Assembly (NCBI GenBank): GCA_951406725.2
Contig: OX597827.1
Coordinates: forward strand, 23,870,001-23,934,000
Reading direction: 5' to 3'
DNA length: 64,000 nt
DNA from: Octopus vulgaris
Lineage: Eukaryota
Notes under the pieces: model-generated
Databases searched by the model: none
What the model was told of the DNA's origin: nothing
What the model saw: the letters and a program-made list of their open reading frames with translations, nothing else
Made by a program: the position numbers and the translations under genes
Part shown: positions 14,565-26,813 of the stretch, piece after piece
How positions within the stretch are numbered: position 1 is the first letter of the stretch
How the letters are laid out: the number at the start of each line of letters is the position of its first letter

Positions 14565-14663
14565 GTAAATATATTGACCAAGGCGCTGAATGACAAGAAC
14601 AAATATATAACAATGCTGGAAGCTTCTATTGAAAGACTTGGCCAAATGTTGTCCCAACCACAG
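14565..14663 (+). CDS. RIMS-binding-protein-like gene, exon a (coiled coil)
   Basis: ttttcccag|GTAAAT...CCACAG|gtaagt; 99 nt, phase 0/0; VNILTKALNDKNKYITMLEASIERLGQMLSQPQ, heptad-like. Confidence 0.75.
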
Positions 14664-15118
14664 GTAAGTACATCAGTTAGCTCCTTTCACTAGGGATGGG
14701 CATGTCAGTGAATTTGGCTAACAAGAAATGATGGAAGTGGCTTGATGAACATTGAGCCAAGATTTGTAGCTTTGACTCAATGCTGCTCTAACAAGCAGGG
14801 CTCTAACATCAGTAAGGAGGGGGCACTGTGCATTGAAGCCCTCAAGGGTAAGGCTCTGAAATGATGCATCATCTCTACTGGTGAGTTCTTAAGCCTACTT
14901 GTGTCTGCTATTTGGAGCTTTTCAACTGGTAGCACTTGCATCTGCAAATTCTTTGCAAATAAACTGTCTTTGATTACCATAAATACTAAGGTCTTTCTTC
15001 TTCTTCTTATTATTATTATTATTATTCTCCGTCTTCTTCTCCTTCTCCGTCTTCTCTTCCTCCTCCTTCCTCTTCCTCTTCTTCTATCAAATCTGACTTC
15101 TGTTTGTCTCTGCCCCAG

Positions 15119-15286
15119 GGTTCCAACCCCGATGCAGGTGTAAGAGAGGAAGCCATTAAGAAGCTGGAGAGTCAGTTGAAGAGTCTTCAGCAAGAATTGA
15201 GGCAACACCATGTGGAAGGTCAACAAAGTCTGACCAGTTTGCGGACACAGCTTCAGGGTAATACAGACATCACAAACACACAGAAG
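15119..15286 (+). CDS. RIMBP-like exon b (coiled coil)
   Basis: tgccccag|GGTTCC...CAGAAG|gtaagg; 168 nt, phase 0/0; REEAIKKLESQLKSLQQELRQ. Confidence 0.8.
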
Positions 15287-15436
15287 GTAAGGGATTGAAA
15301 CTTTGACTTATCCCAGTCTTTTCTCCCCATAACTCCATGCAGAATATCCTCCTGAAACCATGGTTTCCTTTTTCCCAGGCAACTAATCTTTAACAGTTAT
15401 GTATATGCATACCCTAAGTAAATGATTATATAATGA

Positions 15437-15474
<38 letters not shown>

Positions 15475-15492
15475 CATATATATATTATATAT

Positions 15493-15793
15493 ATCACCGT
15501 GACCGACCAGGCTATCAGATGTTGTTACACATCGCTGGTCACAATGCGCTTTGCATTGTTTTAGCCTTCAAATGATGCCACCCTGCTGGCTAAGTGAGCA
15601 GGCCAACAGAAGAAAGAGTGAGAGAAAGTTGTGGCAAAAGAGTGCAACAGGAATCGCCACCACCCCCTACTGGAGCCTCGTGGAGCTTTAGGGGTTTCTG
15701 CTCAATAAACACTCACAACACCCAGTCTGGGAATAGAAACCGCGATCCTACGACCATGAGTCTGCTGCCTTAACCACTGGACCATTGTGCCTC

Positions 15794-15794
<1 letters not shown>
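15493..15794 (-). mobile_element. SINE family C (tRNA-like head); related copies ~32969-33261 (+), 58632-58900 (+), 9180-9448 (+), 26396-26712 (-), 63640-63943 (-)
   Basis: Head GGAGGCACAATGG.CCAGTGGTTA..GCAG..GGTTTC.ATTCC, tail AAAACAATGCAAAGCGCATTGTGACCAGCGATG in several copies. Confidence 0.82.
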
Positions 15795-15851
<57 letters not shown>

Positions 15852-15855
<4 letters not shown>

Positions 15856-16800
15856 AAATGAGAAAATGAAGAAACATACCTAAATCAATCATCAACCATC
15901 AGATAATACCCAATCAATACTTTATTAAACCATTACATAACAGCAATGATATTATACATAATATATTGCAAATATAACTAGACATGGAAATAGAAATAGA
16001 AAATACAATTACATCATATCTGACAGCTGTTTCGGCCGTGAAGACAGGTATGTCTCATTTAACCTATTAGCCATATAAAGTAGGTATAAATGAGACATTA
16101 ACAAGGATGTCTCATGGCCTCTTCAGAGAATTTAATATAAGTATGAAAAAAATTTACATATAAATATAAAAATATAAAATATAAAAATGTGTGCATAGAC
16201 ACTCATAATTCTACACATATATATATACACATTAATACAATATAAACAAAATATATCAGTATACATTAACAAACACAATTATTTTCCATATTGGACTCAT
16301 AGTTCTATAACCAACATCAAGGAAATACATGTACACTCACATTTAAATTTAAAGCAGACATATATATATAAAACAGTCCAGTTCATTAAAATGTATAACC
16401 ATACAAAAGTCAATAAAATTAATATTAATAATAATAATAATAAAAATAACAACCATAATTGTACCATGTAAAGCAAGCGGACATCCACATATATACTCAA
16501 TAAGTCGAATTCATCTGTCCGGTTGATATTGATTTTCCTAGATAGATTCTATTGGCTTATAGTTTTAAATTTGAATCACAATGGAAATTTTACGGTTAGT
16601 TAGCCAAGAAACGCACATACGCACACGCACATCCACAGATCCTGCGCACATACATACATAATTATATGTATACACATACACTCACACACATACACACATA
16701 CATAGCCACATACACAGCCAAATCATAAATAAATAAATAATATAAGAGGTATAATCGTAACTATACACATGGAAAAACAGAGGAACCCAACCGATTGCAC
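15852..16800 (-). mobile_element. Penelope-like non-coding relic carrying the hammerhead; related partial copy at ~21310-21825 (+)
   Basis: 15852-15940 is a diverged reverse complement of ~21725-21822; both abut (TA)n; boundaries approximate. Confidence 0.5.
16019..16129 (-). ncRNA. Type-I hammerhead ribozyme motif with long branched stem II
   Basis: Minus strand: TCT CTGAAGA GGCC...GGCC GAAA CAGCTG TC AGA; canonical core, palindromic stem III ACAGCTGT, GUC cleavage triplet. Confidence 0.8.
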
Positions 16801-16869
16801 ATACATGCATGCATATATATATAAACAAACTTTGAGGCACTGAGTGAATTATATTTTACAGAAAATAGA

Positions 16870-17147
16870 GGAAACATTGAATGCAGAATAGCTGTAAAAA
16901 CAGTTTAGAAGACAGGAAAACTGACCAGCAAGCTGCTATGGAGAATCGAACCTTGTACCTCTCAAATTCTGGCTGAGCTCTTTGTACCATAAAACTGAGC
17001 AACACCTTACAACAGATACTGAAGTTTGAAATGTACAGTGTTTGATTCTCTGTAGCAGCTACAGGCCACTTGTTTCTGTCTTCTAAGGGTATTTATTTAC
17101 CCAACCTTCTAAGCTGTTCTTACAGCTATTCTGCATTTGAGATTTCC
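16870..17147. mobile_element. Fold-back element around a decayed tRNA-like segment
   Basis: AATGCAGAATAGCTGTAA.AACAG.TTAGAAG / CTTCTAAGCTGTTCTTACAGCTATTCTGCATT plus inner GCTGCTA..GAGAATCGAAC / GTTTGATTCTC..TAGCAGC. Confidence 0.6.
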
Positions 17148-17247
17148 AGTAATATATATATATATGTGTGTGTGTGTAACATATGGTATAATTATAAACA
17201 GAGCAAATTTGAACTATTTCTCTGCAGACTGAAAATATGATGAACAA

Positions 17248-17288
17248 CCTTAATCAATTTTTGAACCTGATTGGGTTCTCATCAGAGG
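17248..17288 (-). ncRNA. Decayed hammerhead motif
   Basis: Minus strand: CCT CTGATGA GAACC caatca GGTTC aAAA attgat TA AGG; stems I and II intact, GAAA mutated to AAAA. Confidence 0.55.
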
Positions 17289-17552
17289 CGTCTACATCAT
17301 TCTGACAGTCTCCATATATATATATATATATATATTTATGTGTGTGTGTGTGTGTTTGTCCATGCATACATCCACCGCAGTACAAACTGAAAATTATGTG
17401 CACTACCACCACACACCCACATATACATAAACACATAGATATTTGTTTATAGATCCATACTCATACAAAAATAATATATATACATCTGTATACACATATT
17501 ATAACTTACAAAATATCAGCGAGTGAAAGTATCAATGCTATATCTTTTACAG

Positions 17553-18042
17553 AGGCAGAGTTTCCCGCAGTGCCATCCACAAAAGCCAACACCCCTGGCA
17601 CACTCCTACAGTACAACAGATCTCTCCCGGATCAGCTTCTCAGCATCTGACGTAGAGAACTTGTTGAAAATGCCTCACCCAGTCCGTGCCTGGCCAAGCT
17701 GTAGCCACCTCGCTCCGCAGACGTTCTCACGCACCGTCCGCAGGCGAAGTGACACATTCGACCCAAAACTTCTTCCTGCAGGACAACAGCAGCAGCAGCA
17801 ACAGCAACATCAGCTGTTACTGCAGAGTAACCATGGTAACATTCCTGTTTCAACCTTACCTGGTTGGTCACCTGATAAAACTTCTCTACATCATCTTCAA
17901 CAACAGCAACCAAAATCCCAGATGCTAGCCCCTAATTCTATATTTGTGGCAGCTTCAGATTACAGTCCAGAGTTATTTTCAGCTAGTGGCCACCTCCACC
18001 TTGAGATACCACTCAAGGAAGGTGATGTCATTATTAAAAAAG
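17553..18042 (+). CDS. RIMBP-like exon c (polyQ linker plus N-half of SH3-1)
   Basis: cttttacag|AGGCAG...AAAAAAG|gtcagt; 490 nt, phase 0/1; ends FVAASDYSPELFSASGHLHLEIPLKEGDVIIKK. Confidence 0.85.
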
Positions 18043-18619
18043 GTCAGTTGTTCATTAATTTACTCTTGTGTCTTTCACTGGGAGGCAGGGCACAGCTTAA
18101 ATGATATTTTGTTTGTTTTCAATAGTTCCATTGAGGGGTTGCGTTTGATGTTGATGCAGAATGAAAATGTATTTCCAGAGCTGTGTGTAGAAGTCTCTAT
18201 CAACACTCAGAAACAATTAACAAACTTTATTTACTGCACGAAGGGGTTTCTGTGTTGGTCTTTGACAAAATCTGTCAGCAAAACAATCTATACACAGGGA
18301 GAGACATACTCCTGGAATTTATGACAATTTCACTGGTTTATCAATCTGTGGTTGGCCCATCACAACTGAGAAATAATTGCTCTCTGTTCGTGGCAACAAA
18401 ATTGGCTCTTTTAATTGGGCAAATTTTGTCAAGGAATAGCGGATAAGCCATCCATACCTGGATACAACTCACTCAACAAGAACTCCCTTCTTGAATGGAC
18501 CATGATATCACAAAACTCAATTTAAAAAGGATTTAGATAATCCTATCAGGTGATGCTATTAAGTTAGACATGGCCTGGACCAGTCTTTTGTTGGAACATA
18601 TCTAAGTTTGTATATATAT

Positions 18620-18688
<69 letters not shown>

Positions 18689-18873
18689 GTGTGTGTTGAT
18701 GTTTGTTTTAATGTTCAGTTATAATAAAAACAATTTTACATTAATCTGAAGGGCCGCTCTATTCTTTTGTAGAGTACAAATATATTGTTCTTAAGCAAGA
18801 ATATTATTAACAGTGATTTCAAATTTTACCCAGTTAAGCCAAGCATACATACATTCATACATGTATGTGTATG

Positions 18874-18913
<40 letters not shown>

Positions 18914-19121
18914 TAATGTAGGATAAACATTTTTTTTTCGAAAAAAAAAAATTTTATCAATGGCCAGCATATTAAAAAATACCTTTAAAGGTTAAATTTA
19001 TAAATAACTTATAAAATAAGGGCAAAAGAAAAATTCTAATGCCAAATATGCCGAAAATAGACAAAATTGTCAATAACCATTATCATATATATATACGTGT
19101 ATATAATTTTCTATTGTGCAG

Positions 19122-19252
19122 GACCTGTTGGTGCTAACGGTTATTGTGAAGCTTTAGTGAAAGGTAAAGTTGGCTTGGTACCATATAAATACCTACACCC
19201 AGTCAAACTTGAAACGATGACAGCAGAGGAACAGAGAGCTCTACATTTACAG
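19122..19252 (+). CDS. RIMBP-like exon d (C-half of SH3-1)
   Basis: attgtgcag|GACCTG...TTACAG|gtaagt; 131 nt, phase 1/0; GPVGANGYCEALVKGKVGLVPYKYL contains the SH3 GxVP motif. Confidence 0.88.
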
Positions 19253-19879
19253 GTAAGTCTCACTCAAATAAAACCACAAACACTCCACTCCATCTCTTCT
19301 AAGTCTATCTTGGTCGTGTCTACAGCCTTATAAGATGATACTCCTATAACAAACACTGTGTGAGTTGAGTTTAGGTGTTTAGACAACGGGTGATCCTTCG
19401 ATTACATCTTAGTGGACCGGACAGTAAGTACCAGGGTGGGGATGGAGGGGGGGTGGAGGGGGGGCGGGATTAGCAGCAGAAAGATCTGTTAAAAGTGTAG
19501 AGAAAGATTTTTGCATGCAGCTTTTCAGAGAAAGGTGATTTAAACTAAGGTTCTGAAACAATGGGCTGATGGAAGTGGCTGTTTTCAACACCAGCTTCCA
19601 ACACCACCACAGCCACAACCACCAACCATTACACCACACCACAGTCACCATGACAACTACTACAACAACCCACCCACCATCACCTAACAATCACTGAAGT
19701 GTAACACATCTTTGAATCGACAATCGTATCACAATCACTTAGTTCTCACTTCATAGTCTGATAAGATTTACCTTAATTTCGCTTTAATTTCTCAGGACTT
19801 TCAGTCAACAGAGATGCCTTCGGCATGATGAGAGACCATTTGCCCAACAGTTACTTCAAATAAGTACTCAAATCTCATA

Positions 19880-20125
19880 CGATGGTCAACCAATGTCATA
19901 TGGCTGTCACATGACGGTCAGCCAACAGTCAACGAAACATCACACATGTCACCCAACCTTTATACATCTGTCACTCAAATGTCACCCATCTGTCACTCGA
20001 CAGTCATTCAGATAACCTTCAACTGTCCTACTACAGTCTCCTAACAATTGCCCAACTATTTCATATTCACAGTCAACAGTTTCCCAAACAACCACCGAAA
20101 TGTCACATAGGTGTCAACTAGCTGC
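19880..20125. repeat. Degenerate intronic minisatellite
   Basis: Recurring (CA/TG)GTCA(C/A)CCAA units. Confidence 0.55.
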
Positions 20126-20243
20126 TGTGCCCCTCTGACCCAACAACCACAAACCCCGACATCGCCCTCACTTGATGTTTTAATATTCACGTTTGTCCAT
20201 TTACTGATTCCATGATTGAATGCCTTCTTTTTTGTATTTCCAG

Positions 20244-20328
20244 TTCCGTGGTGACACAACAGAAACAAATACAGAACACATAAGACCACCCTCAGAAGTG
20301 GCATCTTATTTTCAAAAAGCCCACCTAA
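20244..20328 (+). CDS. RIMBP-like exon e (linker)
   Basis: tttgtatttccag|TTCCGT...CACCTAA|gtgagt; 85 nt, phase 0/1, supplies the phase change needed between exons d and f; FRGDTTETNTEHIRPPSEVASYFQKAHL. Confidence 0.72.
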
Positions 20329-20996
20329 GTGAGTTCTGTTTTGCTCTCTTTCAACCAGTAATTGCATTCTGATGCACTATTGTGCATGATATTGCTCCTT
20401 CACTGCACAGCAATGCACTATGACACAAAATAATGCATCATGGAAAAGCATGGCTGTGTGGTAAGAAGCTTGCTTCCCAACCACAGGGTTTTGGGTTCAG
20501 TCCCACTGTGTGACACCTTGAGCAAGTGTCTTCTATTATAGCCTCGAGCCAACTGAAGCCCTGTGAGTGATATATATGGCCTTCTACAATGGCCTTGGAC
20601 TGACCAAAGCCTTGTGATTGGATTTGGTAGATGGAAACTGAAAGAAGCCCATTTAATATATGTATATGGAGCCTGGTGCAGCTGCTGGCTTTCCAGACCT
20701 CAGTCAAATCGCCCAACCCATGCCATCATGGAAAACGATGATGACATTAAACAATGATGATGTGTGTGTGTGTGTGTGTCTCCGTTTGTCTTCCACAACT
20801 TGGCAGTTCAGCAAAAGAAACCGAATAAGTACCAGGGATTGATTTATTTGACTAAAAACTCTTCAAGGCAGTGCCCCAGCAGCATGGGCACAGTCTGAAG
20901 ACTGAAACAAGTAAAAGATGCAAAAAATAAAATATACATCCCTCCCTGTGGTTTATATTAATGTTTTTTTGTTTTTACTACTGTTTTTGTTTACAG

Positions 20997-21188
20997 CATC
21001 CATTCCAAACCTAACTGGTAACCAATATCTCCCGCCCGAACACGGCAGATGGAACAACAGTGTCAGTAGTACTCCGCCACATACTGCTGTTTCCGCTGCT
21101 ACCACCACATCCCCAACTTCACAGTTTGTGAAGAGACACAGTGGTGGCGGCGGCGGCGGTGGACATATCTCGCACACTCCTATTAAAG
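20997..21188 (+). CDS. RIMBP-like exon f (S/T/P and polyG linker)
   Basis: ttgtttacag|CATCC...ATTAAAG|gtgagt; 192 nt, phase 1/1. Confidence 0.8.
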
Positions 21189-21252
21189 GTGAGTATCATT
21201 TGCAAGGAGAGTGGCATGCCTTGATTATTACAGCTGGCTATCTTTCACACAT

Positions 21253-21309
<57 letters not shown>

Positions 21310-22158
21310 CATTAGGCACATATATTCAATAAGAATATTATGTACTGAATTTATATTGAGTGCTCCATTGTATCAAAGTATTAATACTATTAAAGTATTT
21401 ATATATTTAATACGAGTGATATATACATATATAAGATGCTTAAATAATTAATTCAAAACTTTTAAACTATCAAATTTATTTTATACATTATATTTATATT
21501 TTTATATTTATTTATATATATTTTTAATACAATAAGGTCTTTCACATGGGTATATCTTTATGATGAGTTTGGATATTAATTTCCTTATATTAATAATAAT
21601 AATATATTATTAAAATATATATATATATATTTGCATATTGTATTTGTAATTTTTTACTTATATCTCTTTATCTTTTTACTTTTACTATTACTGTATATCT
21701 CATTTCATTTTATATATTGCCTTTACTCCTATGTAATGGTGTATTAAAGTATGGATTGAGTATCATCGGATAGTTGATGTTTTATTGATTTAAATATGTT
21801 TCTCCATTCTCTAATTTTGTAGTATATATATATATATATATTTATCTATCTATCTAACCCTCTCTCTATCTTTCTTTTTCTCTTTGTCACTCTCTCTCTT
21901 TCTCTCTCCTCTCCTTCTCACTCTCTTTCCCTTATGTTTCTCCTCTTCTTTTCTGTCTCTCCTCTGTCTCTCCTTTCTTTCTGCCTCTCTCTCCTCTCTC
22001 ACTCCCTCTCTCTTCCTCCCTCTCCTATTCCACGTGTTTGAATATGATATTTCCACAGAAAATGGAAGAAAAGATCATTCTGCTTTCCTGTATTCTACAG
22101 CTGAAAGTCATGTAGCCACCTTTCACTTCTCTCTCTCTCCTTCTCATTGCACACCCAG

Positions 22159-22289
22159 GATTGCCTGAAGCACCGTCCACCTTCCGTCTCGAAAGAATAG
22201 TTGGAGATAACAGTGTTCTTCTAAGTTGGCACCCACCAATGATGGATGAGCTTGACCAGAATAATGGTATGCAGCTAATTGGCTACCGG
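22159..22289 (+). CDS. RIMBP-like exon g (N-half of FN3)
   Basis: acacccag|GATTG...TACCGG|gtaagt; 131 nt, phase 1/0; LPEAPSTFRLERIVGDNSVLLSWHPP...NGMQLIGYR has the FN3 SW.PP and GY motifs. Not in the ORF track. Confidence 0.88.
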
Positions 22290-22412
22290 GTAAGTGGATG
22301 CTGGTGTTAAATATCTATCTATGGGTGTGTGTTGACAGATAAACATACATACACTAAATAATGCTATTGTCTGTTGTTGAGCTTAGACTATATATATATA
22401 CATATATATATA

Positions 22413-22453
<41 letters not shown>

Positions 22454-22472
22454 ATATATATATGTGTGTGTG

Positions 22473-22624
22473 TGCAGGAATGGTTATGTGGTAAGTAGCT
22501 TGCTTACCAACCACATTGTTCCAGGTTCAGTCCCACTGCATGGTACCTTGGGCAAGTGTCTTCTTCAGGCTGACCAAAGCCTTGTGAGTGGATTTGGTAG
22601 ACTGGAGCTTGAAGAAGCCCATCG

Positions 22625-22680
<56 letters not shown>

Positions 22681-22898
22681 TGTGTGTGTGTATGTTGGTC
22701 CCCCCACACACACACACACACACATCGCTTGACAACTGATGCTGCTGTGTTTATATCCCTGTAACTTAGTGGTTCGGCAAAAGAGACCAATAGAATAAGT
22801 GCTAGGCTTACAAAGAATGAGTCCTGGGGTCGATTTGTTCGACTAAAGACAGTGCTCCAGCATGGCCGCAGTCAAATGACTGAAACCAGTAAAAGAGT
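22473..22898 (+). mobile_element. SINE family B (tRNA-like head, internal microsatellite); copies ~20445-20917, 24070-24225 (-), 51372-52040
   Basis: A/B-box-like TGG.T.TGTGGTAAG and GGTTCAGTCCC, then ACCTTGGGCAAGTGTCTT, tail CCAGCATGGCCGCAGTC..ATGACTGAAAC.AGTAAAAGAG. Confidence 0.85.
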
Positions 22899-23319
22899 AT
22901 ATATATATGTGTGTGTAATATTTTGGACTAATGAGTATAAATTAATTAGTGTGCTGATGTGTTGAGTAAAGCACTGTCACAGTTTGGGGCTACCTGGTGT
23001 CATTTCATGTATATTTCCTTTGGATCTAATCCATATGCACAGACTTGTTAGTAACCATTGCTCCAAATAACCAACCATTATTATTATTGTCATTATTATT
23101 ATGATATATATATATAAAGGTGGCAAGCTGGCAGAATCGTTAGCACACTGGTCGAAATGCTTAACAGTATTTCATCTGCTGCTCTGTTCTGAGTTCAAAT
23201 CTTGCCAAGGTCAACTTTGCCTTTCTTCCTTTCAGGGTTCATAGATTAAGTACCAGTGAAATAGCTGCCCTTGTGGCAAAATTTGAAATCATTATTATTA
23301 TTATTATTATATTTATATA

Positions 23320-23703
23320 TCTCTCTCTATATAAACGGCAGTTTGTCTGTGTGTGTTTCTGTGTGTCTGTTTGGTTGTACCCTCACCCTGACCACGGCTT
23401 TCAACCGATTCTGATGAAACTTGACACACACATAGCCCAATGTCATAATTGAAAACTAACGCAGCGAAAATTTTGAAAAGTTCCCCCAGTTCTGAAAAAG
23501 ATCGATAAATTCGACATGGGATCGACAATCAGAAACACAAACCACAGATGGTCTAGGGGACGCAACTCGACCATTTTAACTATCAAAAAAAATTTACCAT
23601 CATTTTTTTCCCCATTTTTTTGCTATTTTTTGGCTATAACTCTCTAAAAATGCTTTATAGTTATTTTCCTTACAAACCCGAGCAACGCCGGGCGATACTG
23701 CTA

Positions 23704-23704
<1 letters not shown>
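23320..23704 (+). mobile_element. Non-autonomous Helitron
   Basis: 5' TC(TC)nTATATAAA, 3' hairpin CCCGAGCAACGCCGGG ~9 nt before terminal CTAG, A|T insertion context. Confidence 0.85.
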
Positions 23705-23744
<40 letters not shown>

Positions 23745-23774
23745 CATACATATATATATTATATATATATATAT

Positions 23775-23980
23775 AAAGTTAATCCAAACATGAAAACACT
23801 AAGAGAAAACACAACAACGCGAGGACGTGGAACAAGTATAGTATTATTGGACGCTCAGGAAGGAAGGGAAGAAGGAGGATTTACCGTTTCGAGCGGAGCT
23901 CTTCGTCAGAAACATAGGAAAAGGAAAGATCCAGTGAAGGGAAGACGGAGGAAAAAAAATCGCCAATGGTACACACGCGG

Positions 23981-23982
<2 letters not shown>
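23775..23982 (-). mobile_element. Short Penelope-type pLTR relic with degenerate hammerhead (23878-23913)
   Basis: Minus strand: GTTT CTGACGA A GAGC tcc GCTC GAAA cgg TA AATC; element lies between two (TA)n tracts. Confidence 0.55.
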
Positions 23983-24022
<40 letters not shown>

Positions 24023-24223
24023 CTCTCTCTTTCGGAGAGGCACTGAGCAGCTATACGCACACATACACACACGGCAGTAACTTCCACCTACCGAATTCAA
24101 TCACAAAGCTCCGGTCGGCTCGGGGCTATAGTGGAAGACACCTACCCAAAGTGCCACGCAGTGGGACTGAACCTGAAACCATGTAGCTAGGAAGCAAGCT
24201 CCCTAACCACACAGCCGTGCCCG

Positions 24224-24261
<38 letters not shown>

Positions 24262-24982
24262 GAGTCTGAGAAACTCCAGCTGGAAGGATAAGACAAGGGA
24301 GATAAATATTGCACTTACTACATGCTACTGTGGGGTGGTCTGCTAGAAATAACAGCTGAGTCTTCTTCATACTCTATTCTCTCCTTAAAAAGGAAGAACA
24401 CATTGGATGACATAGCCCTTGATATACAAAGCTGTGGGGATGGTCATGGATGGAATGCCTTTGATCCTAGATTTACGGGATCAATGCTGATATGTTCTGT
24501 TCATATACAACATTTTTTTTAGGGAGGAGGTTATGATATAATTGTTAGTTTTAATCAACCATCATTAAGCAGACATGTGATTGGAAATATTCCAATCATG
24601 AGCATCCCATCTTTTTCGGGAGATTCGACTGCTATTTCTAGCATCTAACATAGAGACTCTCTCGTTGGCTCACATCTTGGTTGTTTGTTGTTTAGCCCCA
24701 GGTCAGTACTCTTTGAGCAGACCTATGAAGTTGTCTACAATTTGTTACTGATGCAGTATTTCTAGGACTACCTTATCTCATGTGTCCTTCATGTTTTTGA
24801 CAACAGTGTTATTTGAGAGAGATTTGGCTGCTATTGTTAGCAGTTCAAGTAATTACTTACATGCTTCCTCATTGGCTTGCATCTTGATTAATATTTTAGA
24901 TGAGAATTCATCTCTTCAAGAACCATAAATTAAATTAATTGAAGCAAATGACAAACATAAACCAAAACATCTTCCTTTGTAT

Positions 24983-25163
24983 TTAACTCTTTAGCATTTA
25001 AACCGGCCCAGACATCATTTTTATTTTATGCTCTCACATCTGTCCTACTGTGTCATTCTGAAAATAAGCAATCACATCATCAAAATAAAGTATAATTAAT
25101 TCAAAATGATGTGAATAAATAAGGATTACATTTGAGAGAAAAATCTGAATGCTGAAGGGTTAA
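24983..25163. mobile_element. TTAA MITE copy in opposite orientation, 40 nt upstream of exon h acceptor
   Basis: TTAACTCTTTAGCATT ... AATGCTGAAGGGTTAA. Confidence 0.75.
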
Positions 25164-25203
25164 AATACCTTTTCACTGTTTATTTGTTTGTTAATCTCTC
25201 CAG

Positions 25204-25464
25204 ATATTCCTGAATGGTCGGCTGTGCCAACAACCGGGAAGTGCACACCTTGCTAAAGCTGTGGTGGAGAACCTAGATCTGTCTCGTCCACAGTACTTTG
25301 CCATCCAGTCTGTTGCTGCCAATGGTCAGATGTCACCCTCAGCAGAGGTTGTCTTTGAAGGTTTGGAGCGATGGCTCGATGCCGGCGATAAAAGCACTGA
25401 GTCGGACACAGATCTTTCAGAGATCCTTCCTAGTCCCCTTGGTAATTCAGGACCACAGAGAACG
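25204..25464 (+). CDS. RIMBP-like exon h (C-half of FN3 plus linker)
   Basis: aatctctccag|ATATTC...AGAACG|gtaagt; 261 nt, phase 0/0; IFLNG...KAVVENLDLSRPQYFAIQSVAANGQMSPSA. Confidence 0.88.
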
Positions 25465-26813
25465 GTAAGTTCTAGTTTTTGTTCTGTTGTTTTAATTATG
25501 TTATTATGTTAGCGGAGAGGGGTGCAGATGGTAACTTGCTGCCCCAAACATCATATAAATTGACCCCCCTTTATTTTGTATTTAAGTCATTTTGTATTGA
25601 GATTTATTTCTGCCTTTCATCAAGAAAATGACAAGGGTATGGGTTGTGATATTCATTCCTTGCTGAATGGCATTTACAAGTGTAGCCCAGTGGTTAAGAG
25701 GTTTGCTTCCCAATCATGAGATCTTTGGTTCAATCTCACTTAGTAACATCTTAGAGTAATGTCTTTTTAGCTTTTGGCCAGCGTAAACCTTTTCAGAGAA
25801 ATTAAGTAGATGGAAACTTTGTGGAAGCCCTTACCGTGTCACCTAATTTTGTGTGAGAATTATATTAAGAATTGACATATCTGTGGAATATTCAGCTCTG
25901 TCTACACCTTAATTTAATAAGTCAATTGATCATCATTAAAACTCACAGGTAAATCTCATTAAGAGGGAAAGTGGTAGAGTTACAGACTTGTTAGAACCTG
26001 GCTGCAAGAGAATTCACCTGGTGCTTCCTATCTTATTACTGGAAATGTGAGGTATACTTTATGGCAACATGTTTTTGCCACCACTGTAAGGTAAAGTCTT
26101 AATTATCACTATGGTGGGAGGTTTTAGCCATTACTGATGTAGTTTTGACCATCACTACAATGTACAGTTTCAGCCATCACTGTGAGGTGTAGTGTTACAT
26201 GAATAAATGTATTTTCTCTGAGCTGCTGGTTTTGATTCTTATTACAATCTCATCAGGGATCACTAACCCACTTCATTTGTTCATCAAGAAACTTATTACT
26301 TATTATTATGTATTAGGACTTCACTAAAGTGGATAGTCCAATTTGCATGACAGTAGTTTGACTTACCGACATGAGTAATTAATTATCATCAAGAACTCCG
26401 TCAGTTATGATGACAAGTGTTTCTGTTGATCTAATCAATAGAGCAACCTGCCCATGAAATTAAGGTGCAAGTGGCTTAGTACTCCACAGACACGTGTACC
26501 CTTAATGTAGTTCTCAAGGAAATTCAGCATGACATAGAATGTGACAAGGTTGGCCCCTTTTGAAATTCAGGTACAGCTCATTTTTATTAGGTGAGGGGAC
26601 TGAAGCAACATGAAATAAAATGTCTTGCTCAAGGACACAACATACCACCAGGAATTGAACTCATGACCTCATGATTATGAACCGAGTACCCTGACCACTA
26701 AGCCACATGTCTTCACCAATTGTCATCTATCATCATCTCTCATACAATACTTACAGTGCAATCCACCCAAACACCCTGAATGTCAGTAAGTGCAGTTGTA
26801 CTTTTAATTTCAG

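Noticed and set aside
22473-22545. tRNA genes at SINE heads (also ~15720-15794, ~32969-33040)
   Set aside because: A/B-box-like motifs only; no full cloverleaf, and they run straight into SINE bodies.
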